Source of the DNA: a virus
Taxonomy: Duplodnaviria > Caudoviricetes
Virus record (IMG/VR): IMGVR_UViG_3300010376_000032
Coordinates: 1-64,000 of that record
Reading direction: 5' to 3' (one strand)
Length of the DNA: 64,000 nucleotides
Made by a program: the position numbers and the translations under genes. A model generated the notes under the pieces. It was not told where the DNA came from. It ran no database searches and worked only from the letters and a program-made list of their open reading frames with translations. Position 1 is the first letter of the stretch. Every line of letters begins with the position of its first letter. Positions 59,677 to 64,000 of the stretch are shown here, one piece after another.

Positions 59677-60509
59677 CCGTAGTTGATAGCTACTTCCCGT
59701 TCGACAGTGGCACCGGATCCATTGCCACGCCAGCCCACTGGCGCTCCATGTCGCGAAACTGGCAACCGCCAGGAGTCATCCCTGGTATCAGCAATCAGTG
59801 CAACCCAACCATCGCCGGGTCCGTAGTAACAGTCAACACCGGAGCGATGTGGATCGACGGCTTCTACGGAGAGATCACCATCGCCAAGACCGTCAGCGTG
59901 AGCGGTAACGGCATGGTCGTTGGGCGAGCAGACCCCAATGACAAGACAATCAAGATCTATTTCGTAGCCAACCAGACCGTTCCAGCCCAGCCTGCGAACA
60001 CCACGGGTATCTACGAGATACCTATTGCCCAGATCACTGGCACCACACTCGCGGACATACGTCAGTACAGCTACGGGCTTGTCGTCCCGTGCGGTCACGC
60101 CGCCGCGAACAACCAGACCATCCAGACTGCTGACGGCACCTGGTTCCAGATCGGATATCTGGGCACGAACTGGTTCAAAGGCGGAATGGGATTCGCAGGC
60201 AGCACCATGACCGTACCCACCGATGGGGTGTACCACGTCGATGCTTTGGTCACCTACCAGGCCAGCAACAACGTGGTGCCAGCCGGTCGTTACGTCTGTG
60301 GTATCCGCCAGAACAATGTCACCATCGCCCAAGGGGAGGATCATCCTTCCGTCAGTGCCTTCCCGCAGCCGAAGTGTTCAGTTCTGGCGAACTGCAAGGC
60401 GAAGGACACCATCAACATGTGGGGCTGGAAGCAGAACGGAGGCGTAGCCGTAGCTTCTTATGGCATTAACTGGATGTGCTATCTGTCAGTGGGATTTATA
60501 TCGCGATGA
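59673..60509 (+). CDS. Minor tail/fibre protein (paralog B) with C1q-like C-terminus
   Basis: YFPFD.G.G....A.W.SM...W...GV; VNTGA.WIDG.Y; YEIPIA.I; TMTVPTDGVYHVDA.V. Confidence 0.7.
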   Translation: MTVVDSYFPFDSGTGSIATPAHWRSMSRNWQPPGVIPGISNQCNPTIAGSVVTVNTGAMWIDGFYGEITIAKTVSVSGNGMVVGRADPNDKTIKIYFVANQTVPAQPANTTGIYEIPIAQITGTTLADIRQYSYGLVVPCGHAAANNQTIQTADGTWFQIGYLGTNWFKGGMGFAGSTMTVPTDGVYHVDALVTYQASNNVVPAGRYVCGIRQNNVTIAQGEDHPSVSAFPQPKCSVLANCKAKDTINMWGWKQNGGVAVASYGINWMCYLSVGFISR

Positions 60510-60937
60510 CCTTCGTCCTGCCCGCCCAGTTTCGGCAGCTTCCTCCCATCTGGGAGATCGCCCAGCCCTTCAAGATTGGTGATTCCAACGCCATTGCTTT
60601 CGACCAGGATCCATACATGTGGGCACGCAACCACATCCTGGCGCTGCTCTTGACCAACCCGGGCGAGCGGGTCATGCGACCGAACTACGGCGTCGGCATT
60701 TACAGCCTGGTCTTTGAGAACGACAACCCGTTAATGGAGGCCCAGATCATCGCCGCCATCAACTCGGGTCTGTCTGCCTACGAGCCGAATATCACCGTCA
60801 ACGAGTGTGTGTTCGTGCCTCAGCCGGATTATTCGGGGGTGATGGAGATTCAGATCGCCTTCACGGTAGGCAGCGCCCCGAGCATCTACAGCATCGCCTT
60901 CACTGTTGGCGGCAACACCGTCGAGGTGAGCCAATGA
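60506..60937 (+). CDS. Baseplate wedge subunit (gp25/gpW-like)
   Basis: Start reset to ATG 60506; I..LLLTNPGERVMRP.YG.G....VFE; AI...L..YEP.I.V. Confidence 0.88.
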   Translation: MTFVLPAQFRQLPPIWEIAQPFKIGDSNAIAFDQDPYMWARNHILALLLTNPGERVMRPNYGVGIYSLVFENDNPLMEAQIIAAINSGLSAYEPNITVNECVFVPQPDYSGVMEIQIAFTVGSAPSIYSIAFTVGGNTVEVSQ

Positions 60938-62838
60938 GCAACCTGCCAGTCTCCCTGGGCACCGTGTCCGATGTGATGACCGGCGACATCGTCGTCCCTC
61001 CCATCGACTACACCTCCCGCGACTACGCCTCACTGATCAACGATCTGCTGAACCTCATCCCGAGCTACCTTCCAGAATGGACCGACCGGTCCCCGGGCGA
61101 TTTCGGGATCGTCCTCCTGGAGTTGTTCGCCTACGTGGGCGACATCCTCAACTACTACTCGGACCGCATCGCCAACGAGGCGTTTATCGGCACGGCCCAA
61201 CAGCGGCAGTCGGTCCTCAACATCGCCAACCTGCTGGACTACACGCCGCACGGCAACGTGGCGGCGACCTGCACCCTGCAGTTCAGCATCTCATCACCTG
61301 CCCCCGTACCGGTGCTGATCCCAGCCCAGACGCAGGTCGCGACTGCTCTCAGCGGCATCCAGCAGATCATCTTTCAGACTTCCCAGGATCTGTGGATCTT
61401 CGGAGACGGCATCAGCAATACCAAGACCGTCACCAGCAACGGCCAGGCCAATCAACAGATCGTGCTCAGCGATCCCGGTGTCGGGTACCCGACTTACTAC
61501 TTCACCGGGGGGAGCGGCAATCAGAGCGTCACTGTGGGCGGCACGGCCTGGACCCTGGCCCCCAACAACACCTTCGTAGGCCAGCCGAACACCGCCACCA
61601 TGTACACCGTCGTCGGCGGTAACCCCAATGCCATACCCCCCGTACCACCCAACATCGTCAAGTTCGGGAACGGCACCAACGGCGCCATTCCAGCCAACGG
61701 CGCTTCCATCGTGGTCACCTACCAGCCCAAGGCGCCCAACACCTACGTCGATTTTGTCAGCGCCACGCACGGCTCCACCAACGCAGGCGAGGGCATCGGG
61801 ATCTCGGACGGCACCCCTAACCAGCAGTTCACGCTCTTCAGCACCCCGGTGGTGGATGGCACCATCGTCGTCTACGTGGACGAAGGCGGGGGGCCGGTGA
61901 AATGGACCTACCACCAGCGCATCGTGGATGCCTTCTCTGCCGAAGCGGCCTACACCTACACCACCAACGCCAACGGCGTCGTCACCATTGTCTTCGGTGA
62001 CAACGTGGCCGGTCGCATCCCGGCCCCGGGCGCCTTCATCACCGCTGACTACATGGTGGGCGGCGGTGCTATCGGCAATGTGGCGGCAGGCTCGCTAACC
62101 CAGTTGATGAGCGGGCCGGACGCCATCACCGGAGTTCTGAACACCACCGCAGCCACGGGTGGCGCCGATGTCGAGTCGACCGACCACATTCGCATCCATG
62201 CGCCTCTGTCGATCTCGGCCATCAACCGGGCGGTATCTCTAGACGACTACGCCGCCCTGGTGCTGAACATCCCCAGCATCGCCAAGGCGTCGGCCATGTC
62301 GACGCAGTACAACGCCGTCAATATCTACATCCATCCGGCGGGCAACTTCATGATGACCGGCCCCAACGACACCACCGGCCAGGCCGCGCTGCAAAACCGT
62401 GTCAATGCCCTCCTGCCCTCGATCACCAACGTGGGCATGACCGGCTATATGGACGACAAGAAGATGGTGGGCATGTCAATCGTCGTTCTGGCTCCGCAGT
62501 ACAACAACGCCGGGGTGCTCTCCACCGGCTATGTCCCAGTGTGCGCCAGCGTGACCGTGCAGGTGTTGCCGCAGTACCACGCCTCCACTGTGCAGGCAGC
62601 CGTACAAGCCGCGATCTACAACCTCATGCTCTTCTCGGTGGTGGACTTCGGCAGTCGCATCAGCCTGTCGAGCCTGTACCACGCCATCATGGACCTGGAG
62701 GGCATCGACTACGTGAGCGCGGCCAGCATGTGGCGCAACGAAAGCCCGGGTTCCCCAGGAGACATCGTCTGCGCTCCCTACGAGATCCCCATGGCGTACT
62801 CCGTCAGCGTGACGACGACAGGAGGCATCGTCTACTAA
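60934..62838 (+). CDS. Baseplate J-like/gp6-like wedge protein
   Basis: Start reset to ATG 60934; IDYTSRDY.S....L....P.WTD.S.GDFG.VLLELFAY.GD.L.YY.DR.ANE.F..TA..R.SV; A.GG.D.ES; RAVS..DY. Confidence 0.92.
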   Translation: MSNLPVSLGTVSDVMTGDIVVPPIDYTSRDYASLINDLLNLIPSYLPEWTDRSPGDFGIVLLELFAYVGDILNYYSDRIANEAFIGTAQQRQSVLNIANLLDYTPHGNVAATCTLQFSISSPAPVPVLIPAQTQVATALSGIQQIIFQTSQDLWIFGDGISNTKTVTSNGQANQQIVLSDPGVGYPTYYFTGGSGNQSVTVGGTAWTLAPNNTFVGQPNTATMYTVVGGNPNAIPPVPPNIVKFGNGTNGAIPANGASIVVTYQPKAPNTYVDFVSATHGSTNAGEGIGISDGTPNQQFTLFSTPVVDGTIVVYVDEGGGPVKWTYHQRIVDAFSAEAAYTYTTNANGVVTIVFGDNVAGRIPAPGAFITADYMVGGGAIGNVAAGSLTQLMSGPDAITGVLNTTAATGGADVESTDHIRIHAPLSISAINRAVSLDDYAALVLNIPSIAKASAMSTQYNAVNIYIHPAGNFMMTGPNDTTGQAALQNRVNALLPSITNVGMTGYMDDKKMVGMSIVVLAPQYNNAGVLSTGYVPVCASVTVQVLPQYHASTVQAAVQAAIYNLMLFSVVDFGSRISLSSLYHAIMDLEGIDYVSAASMWRNESPGSPGDIVCAPYEIPMAYSVSVTTTGGIVY

Positions 62839-63590
62839 TGCCTGCCGCTTACCCCAACGCCCTCAAGGTCTTCCAGGTATTCCACGATTACACGGACATC
62901 ATCTGGGCGCAAAATATCACGGAGATTCAATGGGAGATCGTGGCTCTGGAATCGATGGTAGGGACGAATCCCTTCACCGGCACGCCCTATTCCACCGTAG
63001 GTGGGGCCATCCAGGATCTGTACAACAACAAGGCCCCGATCAACCACACCCATACCCACAAGAACCTGCTGGACGACACCAAGGGCAACGATCACCCGCA
63101 GTACATGCAGATCACCGGTTACCCCGGCTTCTCCCATCCCGTCACCGGCAAGGCAGGCACCAACTCCAACGACCTCGTGCCCCTGGGCCAGCTTCAGGGC
63201 ATGGGCTACCAGAACTCGGCCCAGGTCCAGGCCGCGGTCAACGCCTCCCTGGGGAACCTGATGGCTGGAGGCTGGGGAGGAGCGCCGCTGGCGGGCCACG
63301 CCATCTCGCCCAACTGGCGCATCCAGGGAGGTCTGTACTCCGGTTGCACTGACGGCTCTGGGCGCATCACTGTGCCGTTCAACCCTGGCTATCCCCACTG
63401 CGTGCAAGGCTTCGCTTCTACGAAGCTGCCACCCCAGGGCGGTGGTCCCTGCCCGCCCTACAACTGGATCGAGGCCCAGCAGACGTTGGTGGGTGTGTCG
63501 GGTACGAGTGCCACGCTGCAGTTCTCTCACGATTACTCCTGGCAGCCCAACATGTGGGTTTCCTTCACCTGGATCGTGATAGGGAACTAA
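62838..63590 (+). CDS. Baseplate-attached fibre-like protein (paralog C)
   Basis: TAATG coupling; YP.A...F; EI..LE...G..PF; HTH...DD....DHPQYM. Confidence 0.65.
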   Translation: MPAAYPNALKVFQVFHDYTDIIWAQNITEIQWEIVALESMVGTNPFTGTPYSTVGGAIQDLYNNKAPINHTHTHKNLLDDTKGNDHPQYMQITGYPGFSHPVTGKAGTNSNDLVPLGQLQGMGYQNSAQVQAAVNASLGNLMAGGWGGAPLAGHAISPNWRIQGGLYSGCTDGSGRITVPFNPGYPHCVQGFASTKLPPQGGGPCPPYNWIEAQQTLVGVSGTSATLQFSHDYSWQPNMWVSFTWIVIGN

Positions 63591-64000
63591 TGCCCACTCC
63601 ACCGCCGGTACCCGCCGCTCAGCGCTACCCCGTGGCCATTCGGGACTTCGTCACCTACCTGAACCAGCCTTGGAACACCAGCAAGAACCTGGTCACTACC
63701 AACCCCAATCCGCCTCCGGCCACCATCACCACCGATCTCACTCTCTTCCTGGCGGCGGTCAACAGAGATCTGCAGACCGAGATCCTCAGTCTGGAGAAGA
63801 CCATCGGGATTCGGCCCTTCACAGTGCCGAGAAATCCCACGCTGGGGAAGTCGATCCAATGGCTGTACAGCCAAATCTCTCCCGGGTCCATCGACGCTCG
63901 TGGCGCTATTAACCCGCTGCCCACGCCCTCGCACACCCACCCCCACAAGCAGTCCGCGGCCCTGGATGCCGATGATCACCCGCAGTACATGCGAGTCGAC
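63590..64000 (+). CDS. Baseplate-attached fibre-like protein (paralog D), 3' truncated
   Basis: Translated by hand from ATG 63590: MPTPPPVPAAQRYPVAIRDFVTYL...LQTEILSLEKTIGIRPF...HTHPHKQSAALDADDHPQYMRVD; open to the window end. Confidence 0.68.
   Translation, partial: MPTPPPVPAAQRYPVAIRDFVTYLNQPWNTSKNLVTTNPNPPPATITTDLTLFLAAVNRDLQTEILSLEKTIGIRPFTVPRNPTLGKSIQWLYSQISPGSIDARGAINPLPTPSHTHPHKQSAALDADDHPQYMRVD

Larger units (their letters stand above)
1..64000. mobile_element. Tailed dsDNA bacteriophage genome segment, contractile tail, probable actinobacterial host
   Basis: Terminase, portal, scaffold, MCP, sheath, tube, TMP, baseplate, lysin and a full replication set, tightly packed with ATGA/TAATG-type overlaps; two WhiB genes; no host housekeeping genes. 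Confidence 0.97.

Noticed and set aside
39997-60933. Long upstream extensions in track ORFs (39997, 41429, 44789, 48036, 52248, 53619, 60805)
   Set aside because: They overlap upstream genes and look like shadow frames; downstream starts with RBS or ATGA coupling fit better
1-64000. tRNA, tmRNA or rRNA genes
   Set aside because: No cloverleaf or T-loop patterns seen by eye in the few intergenic gaps; tRNAscan-SE was not run

Overview
The whole 64 kb window is one continuous stretch of a high-GC tailed dsDNA phage genome. It has a contractile (myovirus-type) tail, and the host is most likely an actinobacterium (two WhiB genes; TAnnnT-N6-start leaderless promoters). No host genes, integrase, tRNA, CRISPR array or reverse transcriptase were seen. 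Layout: minus-strand tail and inner-baseplate operon (97-13506: spike, hub, LysM, NlpC/P60-tube initiator, tape measure with transglycosylase, chaperone, tube, sheath); plus-strand neck, fibre and lysis block (13631-25826); minus-strand tailspike and head block (25823-36357: MCP, scaffold, portal, unknown genes); a short plus-strand island (36447-37399); terminase (minus); then a long plus-strand block with replication and recombination genes (XRE, putative initiator, WhiB, DnaC-like, DnaB, primase, SNF2, SSB, PolA, RecA, resolvases, Cas4-like nuclease), late unknown genes and outer-baseplate genes (gp25-like, J-like, fibre paralogs) running off the right edge. Best leads: (1) two divergently transcribed enzyme-like genes between terminase and portal that both end in sliding-clamp-binding-like motifs (QGRLF*, QLRLPL*); (2) a candidate +1 frameshift (UUU-CGU-UAG) in the tail chaperone; (3) a spike gene ending in a C1q-like head; (4) five operons that appear leaderless; (5) odd catalytic or structural motifs in DnaB, PolA and both WhiBs. 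All functional calls come from motif recognition by eye; no searches were run.
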